Notes under the pieces: model-generated
Told to the model about the DNA's origin: nothing
What the model saw: the letters and a program-made list of their open reading frames with translations, nothing else
The model's database searches: none
Program-made: the position numbers and the translations under genes
Origin: Candidatus Heimdallarchaeota archaeon
GTDB taxonomy: Archaea; Asgardarchaeota; Heimdallarchaeia; Hodarchaeales; Hodarchaeaceae
NCBI GenBank assembly: GCA_020353515.1
Contig: CP070695.1
Coordinates: forward strand, 2,130,571-2,194,570
DNA: 64,000 bases
Direction of reading: 5' to 3'
In this document: positions 19,413-29,895 of the stretch, one piece after another
Position numbering within the stretch: the first letter of the stretch is position 1
Layout: each line of letters opens with the position of its first letter

Positions 19413-20354
19413 CTAATTTAATTGATTCTCGGAACTGATTTCATTTTTCTCATAATTAACTATAGCAACTCCTATCGCACAAAAAATTCCTCCAACCAGA
19501 GTATAAAAAGAGTATTCATTTAAGAAAACCAATGCAAAGAAAAGAGAGATGAGAGGGATGAGAAATTGGATGTTTCCAGCCCTTGTGGCTCCATATTTTT
19601 GAACTAGTTGTAAATATAATGTAAAAGCGATGGCAGCGGCGCCAATGCCAATCACAACAATCCCCCAAATACTTTCAACTGTATAACTCTCTATTGAAGG
19701 GGGAGTTTCTGTTATTGTGGAAACTATTAGTAGGATAGCTCCAGCTACAAAAAGATTTAGTGTAGTCACTTCTTGTGACTGACTGTCTTGGAAATAGCGT
19801 TTTAATGACAAAGAATATCCTGCCCAGGCCACTCCAGAAAGAAATCCTAAGCAATAACCGAGGATATAATCAGTAGTAATCATCGAATTTGACTCTAATG
19901 AGGCTAGGAAGACAATTCCAATACCAAGAGTAGAGAGGACAAAACCTAAGGTTTTCTTCTTGGTGTACTTTTCGTCAAGAAAAAGTAGGGGAGCAACTAG
20001 GTAAATTATGCTAGGATTGAAGTTAAGGAGGACTGATGAACTAGCACCAAGAATAAATAGAACTGAGAAGTTCTGGCCAATGATCATAAGCACAAGCCAT
20101 CCAGAACAAAATAAAATGGGTTTAAAGTGTGACTTGAGAAGAAGAATTATATTACCAATATTGTTTTGAAATCCAACTATCATCAATAAAGCAAAGAATC
20201 CGAAGATATAGCGGAGAAAACCAAAATAGAGGCCAGGAAAAGTACTCTTAGATCCTACCCATAACTTTGAAACTAATGGAGGAGTTGCCCACAATATGAT
20301 GATGATCAATGCTTTGAAGAGAAAATCTAAGTCTAACTTCTTTAGATTGCGCAT
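19413..20354 (-). CDS. DMT/EamA family transporter
   Basis: About 10 TM in two repeats; FLDEK and FLNEY repeat ends; AWAGYSL. Confidence 0.88.
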   Translation of the reverse strand: MRNLKKLDLDFLFKALIIIILWATPPLVSKLWVGSKSTFPGLYFGFLRYIFGFFALLMIVGFQNNIGNIILLLKSHFKPILFCSGWLVLMIIGQNFSVLFILGASSSVLLNFNPSIIYLVAPLLFLDEKYTKKKTLGFVLSTLGIGIVFLASLESNSMITTDYILGYCLGFLSGVAWAGYSLSLKRYFQDSQSQEVTTLNLFVAGAILLIVSTITETPPSIESYTVESIWGIVVIGIGAAAIAFTLYLQLVQKYGATRAGNIQFLIPLISLFFALVFLNEYSFYTLVGGIFCAIGVAIVNYEKNEISSENQLN

Positions 20355-20368
20355 TATCCCTGATCTCG

Positions 20369-20830
20369 TCAGCGGAAGAAAGAGTAAAGGATTACATCTT
20401 TGTCTAAGTATTCGTTACGTAAGTATCCTTCTGGTATGAATTCAAAACGAGCTAGAAGCTTACGCATTGGTACATTCCAAGGCCGTGTATATAATTTGAC
20501 TTTGTTCCAGTCATTTTTTCTTGCTAGATCTAAACAAGCTTCCATTAATCTCGTTCCAATCCCATTACGACGGTATCCTGGATCCACACCTAACATTTGG
20601 ATTTCTGCTGGATGGGTAATTGTTTCTGTTTGAATTAAAGCATAAGCAATGAGCTTAGTACCCTCCTCTTCCACGAGGAGAATTATTTCTTCCTTTTCAA
20701 TTCTTGAAATAATGAGAGAAGGCGTTGGTAACTCCATTCCCAGTTCAATTTCGTCTTTAAAGCAGATTTTCATCAATTCCATGACTCTGGAGATGTCTTC
20801 TTGCTTGGTAGTTCGCATTACTATCAACAA
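20369..20830 (-). CDS. GNAT family N-acetyltransferase
   Basis: LGVDPGYRRNGIGTRLM acetyl-CoA-binding motif A. Confidence 0.9.
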   Translation of the reverse strand: MLIVMRTTKQEDISRVMELMKICFKDEIELGMELPTPSLIISRIEKEEIILLVEEEGTKLIAYALIQTETITHPAEIQMLGVDPGYRRNGIGTRLMEACLDLARKNDWNKVKLYTRPWNVPMRKLLARFEFIPEGYLRNEYLDKDVILYSFFR

Positions 20831-20858
20831 TATATTGTATTATTAAAATGTTAAATAT

Positions 20859-20885
20859 TTTGAGACCACTTAAATCATTAAATTC
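20859..20885 (+). promoter_or_regulatory. Conserved upstream element, copy 1 (duplicated with the zinc-ribbon membrane genes)
   Basis: TTTGAGACCACTTAAATCATTAAATTC matches 22655-22681 at 24 of 27 positions. Confidence 0.5.
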
Positions 20886-21006
20886 TATGAAAAAAGAAAA
20901 ATAGGTTAAGAATTAGTATGATATAATAATAAAGGAATATTTCAAGATAGAGTAATTTTATAAAATAAAACTGAAGAAGGGGAAATATGGGCTAGGAAGG
21001 TTTGAG

Positions 21007-22563
21007 ATGCGTTGTCTTAAATGCAGTACAACCAATCCTGATAGTGCAAAGTACTGTCTAGAATGTGGTACCGTATTACCTGAGCTCGTGAAACCAGATT
21101 TTTCTCCTTCAGATACCTCCAAATCTTGTCTTAAGTGTAGTACATCCAACCCCATTGATGGACGGTATTGTCTTGAATGTGGTAATCCTTTAGAAGACAT
21201 AAGTCGGCCTCAACCCCGTCTTTGTCCAACCTGTGGCATTTCTATTGATTCTTCCCGTCTTTTTTGCCCAAATTGTAGTCAATCTTTAATTGAAAAACCT
21301 CTAGATGTAAAAGAGGATCAAATTTCTAAAATCGAAACTCGTACGGAATGTCCTGCCTGTGGTCAACTCACAACAGGAGATTACTGCAGAAGTTGTGGTT
21401 TTAATTTAATAACACATCAACGAAAAAAGCTTATCGATTGGTGGTACTGTGATAATGATTCAGCGATAATGGCTGAAATTGATTCTAACTCCCAAATTCT
21501 TGTATCACGTAGCTCACTTGATGAATCGTTAATCCAAGCGATTGATAATAACACCCTCCAACCCCAAGATCGGGAAAAAGCCCGCTCCTTATCTTTACAA
21601 TTATTTGAAAATGGTGTAACTACCAAATTTACAGTTATAACTAATGTTCGATGCTCAGTTTGTGGCCAACGTTCATTGGCACCAATCACAAAACGGCCAA
21701 AAGAGAAAATTCATGTCTACCCCAAAAGGATCACTTTAACTATCATCGCTCTGTTTCGGAATGGAATATTCTATTTTCAAACTTACCCGCAACTGCTAAT
21801 CATCGTTCTATGTGCAATTATTACAAATACAATCCTTCTTTGGTTGGGATTGAGTGGAAATATTTCTTACTTTCCTTCTGATTTTATTTTAATAACAATG
21901 TCAAGCTCTCCTTTTTTAGCTATGGGTTTATCTATATTAAGTATTCTCGCAGGAGAAACTCTCTTCTCTATTGTTACTGTTTTAATGATTTCTTTATTGG
22001 TTATTAACTTCTTTCAGTGCTGGTATAACTCCAGTCTAAAAGAGATTAGATTTAATAAAGATAATCCCCCCAATATTGTGGAAAGTTTCAAAAATAGTCT
22101 CACAATTTTTCCTCGGGCTGTAGCTGCTCAACTAGCTTGTCTAGGAATCATGCTTGCTACAATCTTTGGTGCTTATCTTGTTATCCTCTTATCAGGTCTC
22201 ATTATGGTAAATACTACCATATATGGAATTATACTACTGCTGCTGTTTATTATTCTGGGAATTCTAGGTTCAATTGCCTTATTTACTATTCTATTTAGTT
22301 TCGTTAATATGTCTATCATTTTTGATGAGAAATCAGGAGTAGTCTATAATCTAAAACGTTCTTGGAGATTTGGTAGGAGATACTTTGGGGTAACATTGGG
22401 ATTGTATATACTGCTATATGGCACTCTCTACCTTTTTATCAACTTTGGCTTTATTCCCAGCATCCCACTAGTGATTTTTAACATATTAATTCACCTTATC
22501 GAAGCTTTTAAGTCAATGAGCCTAGGATGGGCATATGATGAGTATAAAATGACTGTCGAATAA
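21007..22563 (+). CDS. Multi-zinc-ribbon (DZR-type) membrane protein, paralog 1
   Basis: At least eight CxxC pairs in the N-terminal half, then about 6 TM with LKRSWRF. Confidence 0.85.
   Translation: MRCLKCSTTNPDSAKYCLECGTVLPELVKPDFSPSDTSKSCLKCSTSNPIDGRYCLECGNPLEDISRPQPRLCPTCGISIDSSRLFCPNCSQSLIEKPLDVKEDQISKIETRTECPACGQLTTGDYCRSCGFNLITHQRKKLIDWWYCDNDSAIMAEIDSNSQILVSRSSLDESLIQAIDNNTLQPQDREKARSLSLQLFENGVTTKFTVITNVRCSVCGQRSLAPITKRPKEKIHVYPKRITLTIIALFRNGIFYFQTYPQLLIIVLCAIITNTILLWLGLSGNISYFPSDFILITMSSSPFLAMGLSILSILAGETLFSIVTVLMISLLVINFFQCWYNSSLKEIRFNKDNPPNIVESFKNSLTIFPRAVAAQLACLGIMLATIFGAYLVILLSGLIMVNTTIYGIILLLLFIILGILGSIALFTILFSFVNMSIIFDEKSGVVYNLKRSWRFGRRYFGVTLGLYILLYGTLYLFINFGFIPSIPLVIFNILIHLIEAFKSMSLGWAYDEYKMTVE
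21184..21400 (+). repeat. Near-identical segment shared with 23006-23222
   Basis: AATCCTTTAGAAGACATAAGTCGGCC... is repeated at offset +1822 with only a few mismatches. Confidence 0.9.
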
Positions 22564-22654
22564 TAAGAACGACTAGAGAGATGATTTTATTCCACACTGA
22601 AACAACACAGGTAAGAATAATACTTTTAAGAAATTAGAGTGGATAATTAAGCAA

Positions 22655-22681
22655 TTTGAGATCACCTAAATCCTTAAATTC
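22655..22681 (+). promoter_or_regulatory. Conserved upstream element, copy 2
   Basis: TTTGAGATCACCTAAATCCTTAAATTC; see copy 1. Confidence 0.5.
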
Positions 22682-22828
22682 AACAGTGAAAGGAAAAAAG
22701 GTGAAAGACTCATGTTTATGATTTCCTTCATCGTAATAATTATAACATCAAGTTAAATAAATTACTAGGTAGAGAGAATAATATTTACATAATTGAAGAT
22801 GGAAAATATTGGACTAGGAAGACATGAC

Positions 22829-24406
22829 ATGAAATGTCTGAAATGTGGTACAGCAAATCCTGATCAAGCTAAGTTTTGCTTTGAATGTGGTACCACATTA
22901 CCAGAGCCATTAAAAACAGATTTAGCTAAAACAACAACGTACAAATATTGTCCTAAATGTAGCACATCCAATCCCATTACAGGGTTGTTTTGTTTTGAAT
23001 GTGGAAATCCTTTAGAAGACATAAGTCGGCCTCAACCCCGTCTTTGTCCAACCTGTGGCATTTCTATTGATTCTTCTCGTCTTTTTTGCCCAAATTGTAG
23101 TCAATCTTTAATTGAAAAACCTCTAGATGTAAAAGAGGAACAAATTTCTACAATCGAGACTCGTACGGAATGTCCCGCCTGTGGTCAACTCACAACAGGA
23201 GATTACTGCAGAAGTTGTGGATTCAATTTATTAAAGCGTCAGCAGAAAAGACCTCTCGATTGGTGGTATTGTGATCGCGATTCAGCGATTATGGCTGAAA
23301 TTGATCCTAACTCCCAAATTCTCGTGTCTCGCAGCTCTCTTGACGAATCATTAGCCCAAGCGATTGATAACAACATTCTCCAACATCAAGATCGGGAAAA
23401 AGCCCGCTCTTTGGCCTTACAACTATTTGAAAGCACTAATACTAAATTTGAAGTTTTATCACAAGTTCGCTGTCCTGTTTGCAGCCAAAAATCACTTGCA
23501 CCAACCACTAAACGACCCCGTCAAGTAGGTATTCGTTACACCCAAGAAATTACATTAAATGTTAGTTCAATGTTACATAATGGTATGTTTTATCTTCGTA
23601 CTTACCCTAAACTACTTTTGATCGCCTTGTGTGCTATCGTGGTCGATGTAGGAGTGCTCCTCCTCGGATTTGGTGTCATCTCTGCCCTTTCCACAGACTC
23701 CTTACTTTCATTTTTAGGGGTACCTATTACGGGCACCAGTATACCAATAGGTGGTTTCACTTCTACTCTCAATACTCTTTTTGTAGGTACTATAGCTTCT
23801 TTTACAGTTAATATCCTAGTTCAATGTTGGTATTATACTAGTCTAAAAGAAATTACAAATAACAAACCTCTTGAAATTGGGAAGAGCTTCAAAAATAGCC
23901 TTAGATATTTCCCTCGGGCTCTTGGAGCACAGATATTAATTCTTGCTGCGGGAATAGGATTTATAATTGGACTAGTTCTCGTTTTCATTATCTTTGCTGG
24001 AATTTTTTTCTATGACATTGGCTATCAATTTGTACTCTTACTCTTACTCTTTCTCCTAATAGGAATACTTGGAGTAGGAGTACTTGCTATGCTCCTCAAT
24101 GTTCTATTAAGTTATGTCAATATGTCAATAGTTTTTGATGAAGGCGGAATAATACTTGGTCTTAAACGTTCATGGAGATTTGCTAGAAAATTTTTCTGGA
24201 CAACGGTGGGAATTATTATCATCTTTTCTATTGGTTCATATATTGTTGGATACGTTCAGGCTTTTTCGTACATGTTCGCTTACCTTGCTATCCTACCTAG
24301 CTTGATTACTGCCTTGATATATACCATTTTAACACGCCTAATAGAAGCTTACAAGTCGTTAAGCATGGGGTGGGGGTATCAGGCCTTTAATTACATGATT
24401 GATTAG
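22829..24406 (+). CDS. Multi-zinc-ribbon membrane protein, paralog 2 (head of the MoxR operon)
   Basis: Same architecture as paralog 1. Start placed at ATG 22829 (MKCLKC) by homology to MRCLKC; the track gives 22793. Confidence 0.85.
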   Translation: MKCLKCGTANPDQAKFCFECGTTLPEPLKTDLAKTTTYKYCPKCSTSNPITGLFCFECGNPLEDISRPQPRLCPTCGISIDSSRLFCPNCSQSLIEKPLDVKEEQISTIETRTECPACGQLTTGDYCRSCGFNLLKRQQKRPLDWWYCDRDSAIMAEIDPNSQILVSRSSLDESLAQAIDNNILQHQDREKARSLALQLFESTNTKFEVLSQVRCPVCSQKSLAPTTKRPRQVGIRYTQEITLNVSSMLHNGMFYLRTYPKLLLIALCAIVVDVGVLLLGFGVISALSTDSLLSFLGVPITGTSIPIGGFTSTLNTLFVGTIASFTVNILVQCWYYTSLKEITNNKPLEIGKSFKNSLRYFPRALGAQILILAAGIGFIIGLVLVFIIFAGIFFYDIGYQFVLLLLLFLLIGILGVGVLAMLLNVLLSYVNMSIVFDEGGIILGLKRSWRFARKFFWTTVGIIIIFSIGSYIVGYVQAFSYMFAYLAILPSLITALIYTILTRLIEAYKSLSMGWGYQAFNYMID

Positions 24407-24409
24407 TGT

Positions 24410-26167
24410 ATGTCATTTGGAGAGATGAACATTATTCCTAGTAATTCAGTAAAAAATCACAGAAATCGTCTCTTAAAGCGAACACCGTTCATCCTTCGAA
24501 TCATTAGTTTAATTGCTTTATTATGTTTGATAATTCTCTTATCTTTATCATGGATCTCTAATTGGGATTCCAATATTTGGATTTTAACTCAATATTTAAG
24601 CCCATTACTTTTTTTAGGCATCTGGATCCCTTTTGCTGGATCGTTTCTAATTCTAGACCAGGAAATCTCATCACTCAAAAAAACATTCCCTAGTATAATA
24701 TTTGGAAGTGTATTAGTAGTTCTTGGGGCTTTGCTGCTAAATACACGATTACTCTTTGTTATTCTTGATACCATCACAGGACTCTTTATTTTAGAAATGA
24801 ATCCAATGAATGAATTTGTAGTGAATGAACTGATTGTGGGAATTATCCTCCCTCTAAACGAGGAAATCATGAAAATTATTCCAATAATAGTCGTAGCTCA
24901 ATCCCCAATCGTTCTTTTTAATCCAGAAAAAAGTGACCCTAGCTCTGATTTTGAAATAAGACAATCTATTAAAACTCTTAGACAGTTCGGGTTCTATGGT
25001 ATTGTTAGTGGAACCATTTTCACATTTCTAGAATTATTCTTGTATCAATGGTTATTAACTGGAGGATCGGACTCAGCAGCAGAGGCTGTTTTCTTACAAC
25101 TACTATTTAGAACTCTCACACCTCTTCATGTATTAACAACTTTTCTAATGGCACTTGGAATAGGCTCATTAAAAATTCAGTTAGCAGAACATAATAACGT
25201 TAAATCAACTGTACTTGCAAGTACTGGCTACTTTTTGTTAGGATGGGGATTTCATTCCTTTTGGAATACCATCAATGTAGTTTATGAAGCATTCCGTCCA
25301 GAGGCTGAAATAGAACTTTACACTATTTTAGCATTCTATGGTGTATTCTGTGTTCTCCTTTTATTTTCAGGTATAATAATTATCTTTAGAAGAATTCCTA
25401 GAATTTGTCCGACCTGTGGATTAGAGGGCCATGACTTCCATTCTCACAAAAATCTTTTGAAAAAAATCCCTGGGATGAAAAAAGAAATTTTCCCTTTCAA
25501 TAAATTTACACATATTAGTGTTGAGAAGTTGAAGAAAAACATCTCGTGTCCATTTTGCCATAATCCCCTGATTTTGGGCACCTGTTCAACTTGTGGAGCA
25601 AGCTCTTTTGTTACTTGTCCTCACTGCAATGGATTTATCTCCGAAACTACTTCTTTGTGCCCACATTGTAATAAAAAAATTCGACCTCTAATACAAATAC
25701 GAGCTACGGCTCTATCAAGACCAGAAACCTTTATTTTGGGTGTTACATCCTTAGCAAGTATTGCATTCTTACTTGCGCCTTTAAGCATTCTAATCTTAAG
25801 TCAATTCGAGGGAGGATTAATAGTAAGTCCTATCTTGATATTTTACTTCTTGATGAGTATTATCACTTTATCAAATGTATTAGTTGCCCTATTATTTAAT
25901 AGAACATCAGGTATGCTAGTATTATTCTCTTATTTCCTTGTGTTGGCATTACTAATTTTCGTGATCATAAATGGATTCGTGATTATTGGTTTTTTCAGAG
26001 CCTTGATAACGGGTGACTTTTTAGGTCTTGGTATCGTATGTTTAGGAGGAGGGTTCTTGTTATTCATCGTGTATCGTTTCGTTTATGTTTTTATCTTTAA
26101 TTACTCTCCAATGTTTCCTGAATATCGGATTAAGCTGCAGAAGGAGGTCAGTGGTGATGCGAAGTAG
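24410..26167 (+). CDS. PrsW-family intramembrane protease with internal zinc ribbons and extra TM helices
   Basis: NEEIMK (EExxK), FTFLE (FxxxE), PLH, HSFWN (HxxxN); then CPTC, CPFC, CSTC, CPHC, CPHC. Confidence 0.8.
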   Translation: MSFGEMNIIPSNSVKNHRNRLLKRTPFILRIISLIALLCLIILLSLSWISNWDSNIWILTQYLSPLLFLGIWIPFAGSFLILDQEISSLKKTFPSIIFGSVLVVLGALLLNTRLLFVILDTITGLFILEMNPMNEFVVNELIVGIILPLNEEIMKIIPIIVVAQSPIVLFNPEKSDPSSDFEIRQSIKTLRQFGFYGIVSGTIFTFLELFLYQWLLTGGSDSAAEAVFLQLLFRTLTPLHVLTTFLMALGIGSLKIQLAEHNNVKSTVLASTGYFLLGWGFHSFWNTINVVYEAFRPEAEIELYTILAFYGVFCVLLLFSGIIIIFRRIPRICPTCGLEGHDFHSHKNLLKKIPGMKKEIFPFNKFTHISVEKLKKNISCPFCHNPLILGTCSTCGASSFVTCPHCNGFISETTSLCPHCNKKIRPLIQIRATALSRPETFILGVTSLASIAFLLAPLSILILSQFEGGLIVSPILIFYFLMSIITLSNVLVALLFNRTSGMLVLFSYFLVLALLIFVIINGFVIIGFFRALITGDFLGLGIVCLGGGFLLFIVYRFVYVFIFNYSPMFPEYRIKLQKEVSGDAK

Positions 26168-26984
26168 TCCATTATTCCCATTCAGGAGATTAACTAAACC
26201 TCAATCAGGTGATCCTGCAGGTAAACTTAAAGCGGGATTTTTTCTACTGATTACAGGATTTACTAGTCACATCCTCTTTTTTGAGTTTCTTGTTTTAATT
26301 TTAAAACTGGATATTTCTTATACTGTGGGCCTTGTTGGTCTTGGTGTCACTGGGGTTCCCGAAATAGATATATTAACCCCTCTAATCATAATATCTTTGT
26401 CTCCGCTTTTATTAGGATTTACTAATCCAATTTTACTCTTCATTGGGGTAATTCCTTGGATTTTTGCAGGATTTCTTACTGGGACCTTTTTTGGTCCACA
26501 ATATGACCGATCAATCCTTTTTGCTCCACCAATCTTCACTGGAAGTATAATAATACTATTTCTGTTTTTCCTTTTTTCTCTCGCAGGTTTAGGATCTGTT
26601 ATGCCTTCAATTGGTATCTTGTTAATTTCAGCTATTATTTTATTATTGGTAGTAGTCCTAGGTCAAACAATTCTTGTTATTTCCATGATAATGGCTATTC
26701 CAGCGATCGTTGGATATTATTTTGGGAAAAAATACACATTTAATCCAGTTCCTCCTCAAGTATTATTAGCTCAACCTGATAGACAAGATCCTGACCAATC
26801 TCGTTGTCCCTTCTTAGATGCCCATAATTATTGTGCCATATCAAATAAAAAGGGTATATTCTTCCCAAATATCTGCGATAATAAATGGAATCAAGTGACT
26901 TGTCCTTATTACCTCCGAAAGATCAAATCAGATAAAATACCAATTAGGCATCAACAAGGAGATTTAATTGATGAAATTCAATAA
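26157..26984 (+). CDS. Membrane protein with Cys-containing C-terminal domain
   Basis: About 5 TM, then RCPF...YC...IC...TCPYY. ATG 26157 follows GGAGG and overlaps the PrsW stop. Confidence 0.7.
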   Translation: MRSSPLFPFRRLTKPQSGDPAGKLKAGFFLLITGFTSHILFFEFLVLILKLDISYTVGLVGLGVTGVPEIDILTPLIIISLSPLLLGFTNPILLFIGVIPWIFAGFLTGTFFGPQYDRSILFAPPIFTGSIIILFLFFLFSLAGLGSVMPSIGILLISAIILLLVVVLGQTILVISMIMAIPAIVGYYFGKKYTFNPVPPQVLLAQPDRQDPDQSRCPFLDAHNYCAISNKKGIFFPNICDNKWNQVTCPYYLRKIKSDKIPIRHQQGDLIDEIQ

Positions 26985-27702
26985 AAAAGGAATATTAGTA
27001 CTCCTGTTGATTTTTTTTGGAATTATATACTTAATAACTGGATTTGGGAGTAATAACACACCCTATCAGAGACAGAAAGAGTACGATGAAGTGAATTTGG
27101 CCGATGATCCCACTGTGAAAACACCCAATCCCTTTATTTTTGAATTTCCGTCAATTGACATCCCCAGCATTGGGGGAATTTTTGGACTTGGAAGTACTGG
27201 TGTAGGGATCATCTTGATAATTTTTGGAATAATGATATTTCTCGTTATAATGTCGTTGATTATTTCTCGAAGTAAGAAAAAAGAAGAAATTGAAGATGTA
27301 AAGGAACTTGCAACCTCCAAAGACATTGAACTGAAAATTAGACGCCTAACACTTGGAAAACGAATCGAAGAGATTATTTCTTTCCTTGAAGAGTGTTTAG
27401 ATAGTCGATTTAGTCAAGGTATCACAGAAGGATTTGAACAACTTGATTTAGCCTTAAAAGAATATTCGAAGATTTCAAGACCAGGTTGGTTAACACCAAG
27501 AGAATTTACGTTTTTAAAAATTCCCTATTTCAATCATGAGGCAATGATAGCTGCAGTAGAACAATTTTATCGGATAACTTATGGATTAAAGCCTGCAACG
27601 CGAACAGAGCTTGAAGAATTCATAGAATATTTTAAATCCATGATCGTAGACAAAGCTATTCTAAAATGGAAGGCTGATTTACCTTTGGAGGGTATTAAAT
27701 GA
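26968..27702 (+). CDS. DUF4129-like membrane protein
   Basis: LTPREF motif and FYRITYG; this family typically sits before DUF4350 and MoxR. Confidence 0.7.
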   Translation: MMKFNKKGILVLLLIFFGIIYLITGFGSNNTPYQRQKEYDEVNLADDPTVKTPNPFIFEFPSIDIPSIGGIFGLGSTGVGIILIIFGIMIFLVIMSLIISRSKKKEEIEDVKELATSKDIELKIRRLTLGKRIEEIISFLEECLDSRFSQGITEGFEQLDLALKEYSKISRPGWLTPREFTFLKIPYFNHEAMIAAVEQFYRITYGLKPATRTELEEFIEYFKSMIVDKAILKWKADLPLEGIK

Positions 27703-28937
27703 GAAAACCAAAGCGTGAATACCTAATTGGCATTCTGTGTGCTGTTGTTTTAATTCTATTAATACCCCCACTTCAACCTGCCTCTTTCACGATTGAGAAT
27801 AGAAATTGGGATGGTCTTTCTAAATTCAAAGCACTAATTGAAAAAAATAATGATGTGACTGTTGGTGAAACTACAATACCTCTTCGATTACTTGGGGAGA
27901 TTGAAGCTGATATAATAGTCATTGTGGGAGGAAACTTACCTTACTTCACTGAAGAGAGTAATTATCTAAGGGAATTTGTAGAAAATGGAGGTGATGTCAT
28001 ACTCTTTGAAGACCATGGTTATGCTCGGATATTGACATCTGCATTTGGTATTTCACTGGGGGGGACAATTATTGACCAGAATAAAGAATCTCATGATCGA
28101 AATCCCTATTTGCCTGTTGTTAACGAGTATGGCATTGGATTTCCTGAACAAAATTCTTCTGTACACACCTTAGTCTTTAATAAGGCTGTTAGAGTCTCTC
28201 ATTCTAGGTCAGTTCAGGATTCAACTTTTTATCCCCTATTTGTTGTAGAAGGTCGTGTATGGGAAGATAAAAACAACGATGGAAAATTCTATCGTACAAA
28301 TGAATCTGTTGTGGAAGATTGTTATCTTGGAGGAAAATTAACATTTAACAATCATGGGGGGAATTTTATTGTTATTGGGGACTCTGCTTTCCCTACAAAT
28401 GATATGATCAATCAAAAAGGCAATCAAGATTGGCTTTCGGATCTCTTTTCCTATTTACTCTCTAATGGTGGAAAAAAAGTACTTTTTGATGAGAGTAGAA
28501 AACTGTGGATTCCCCCAACTGGAAAGGCGGCAGTTGGCACAATTACTGTTTTAATCATGAGTATCTTTCATTCACCATTAATTGCTATTGTCTCTGTGAT
28601 TATAATAGGAGGAATTATTGGAATGAGAAGAACAGAGCAAATTAATAAAGTTGCTACTAATTTTCAGAAGTCTCTTCGTCCTCAGAAAGATGTTAAGCCA
28701 ATACCAGCTTTTCTACAATCAGAAGAAGAAAATGAATTGGCCCGACTATCAAAACGAAGTGTAATATCGGATCTCTATAGAGCTATGCTAACTGATGAGA
28801 TACGTCAAATTGCTCCAGATATATCTCCCTTAAGCAAGGCTAGATATGAAAATTATTTGAGATACCGATATATTGACGTGAATTTATCTAGTAATTTAAT
28901 CGAAGAACTAAAAAATATCCGAAAGGAGGAAAAATAA
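27699..28937 (+). CDS. DUF4350-like membrane-anchored protein
   Basis: NWDGLSKF, LREFVENGGDVILFEDHG, FIVIGDSAFPTNDMI, VLFDES. Confidence 0.8.
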   Translation: MRKPKREYLIGILCAVVLILLIPPLQPASFTIENRNWDGLSKFKALIEKNNDVTVGETTIPLRLLGEIEADIIVIVGGNLPYFTEESNYLREFVENGGDVILFEDHGYARILTSAFGISLGGTIIDQNKESHDRNPYLPVVNEYGIGFPEQNSSVHTLVFNKAVRVSHSRSVQDSTFYPLFVVEGRVWEDKNNDGKFYRTNESVVEDCYLGGKLTFNNHGGNFIVIGDSAFPTNDMINQKGNQDWLSDLFSYLLSNGGKKVLFDESRKLWIPPTGKAAVGTITVLIMSIFHSPLIAIVSVIIIGGIIGMRRTEQINKVATNFQKSLRPQKDVKPIPAFLQSEEENELARLSKRSVISDLYRAMLTDEIRQIAPDISPLSKARYENYLRYRYIDVNLSSNLIEELKNIRKEEK

Positions 28938-29879
28938 GTGGATCCAGATGAGATCAGAGAGATCGTAAACGAAATCATTGAAGAAATTCATCAACGAGTA
29001 GTTGGCTTAGACTATGCTGTTCAGAACATACTTGCGAGTTTTTTCGCAAATGGCCATGTGTTACTTGAAGGTGTTCCTGGCATCGCGAAATCAATGATGG
29101 CATACTCGCTTGCAGAGATTTTAGGGTTGGAATTTAAACGTATTCAATTTACCCCTGACCTTATGCCTGGAGACATCACAGGAGTATCTGTTTTTAATAT
29201 GAAAACCCAGGAATTCTCGTTTATCAAAGGCCCTGTATTTTCTAATATAATCTTATGCGACGAAATAAGCCGTGCGCCTCCAAAAACCCAATCAGCCATG
29301 TTAGAGGCAATGCAAGAACGACAAGTAAGTCATGAGGGTATTACATACAAACTACCTAACCCATTCCTTGTGATTGCAACACAAAATCCTATCGAACAGG
29401 CTGGTGTTTACCCCCTCCCAGAAGCACAATTAGATCGATTTCTTATTCGACAATTAATTTCTTACCCTAATAAAGCCTCTGAAATGAATATGTTACAACT
29501 GAAACAAAAACAAGATCTTCTTCCAGTTCGAAAATTAACAAATCCTGAATTGATTCTCAAAATTCAACAATTTGTACGCCAAGAAGTCATAGTTTCTGAA
29601 AAGATTATGGAATATATAGTAGATTTGATGAGGAAAACACGAGAACATTACGGACTAAATTTAGGCGGATCTCCCCGTGCATCAATTTCCTTGATGACAG
29701 TAGCTCAAGCGAAAGCTGTTATCTCTGGTCGGGATTATGTTGAACCAGATGATATTAAGCAATTATTTTTCCCAGTCATTAATCATAGGTTGATTCTTTC
29801 CCCAGAAACAGAAATGGATAAAATTCCAGTCATTCAGATTGTTGACAATATTATCAAGTCAACAGAAGTAATTCTTTAA
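28938..29879 (+). CDS. moxR: MoxR-family AAA+ ATPase
   Basis: GHVLLEGVPGIAKS, RIQFTPDLMPGDITG, DEISRAPPKTQSAMLEAMQE, ATQNPIEQAGVYPLPEAQLDRF. Confidence 0.96.
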   Translation: MDPDEIREIVNEIIEEIHQRVVGLDYAVQNILASFFANGHVLLEGVPGIAKSMMAYSLAEILGLEFKRIQFTPDLMPGDITGVSVFNMKTQEFSFIKGPVFSNIILCDEISRAPPKTQSAMLEAMQERQVSHEGITYKLPNPFLVIATQNPIEQAGVYPLPEAQLDRFLIRQLISYPNKASEMNMLQLKQKQDLLPVRKLTNPELILKIQQFVRQEVIVSEKIMEYIVDLMRKTREHYGLNLGGSPRASISLMTVAQAKAVISGRDYVEPDDIKQLFFPVINHRLILSPETEMDKIPVIQIVDNIIKSTEVIL

Positions 29880-29895
29880 TGATTGAGGTCACAGT

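Noticed and set aside
21184-23222. Diversity-generating retroelement TR/VR pair
   Set aside because: Both copies lie within paralogous CDSs, the mismatches are not adenine-specific, and there is no reverse transcriptase in the window.
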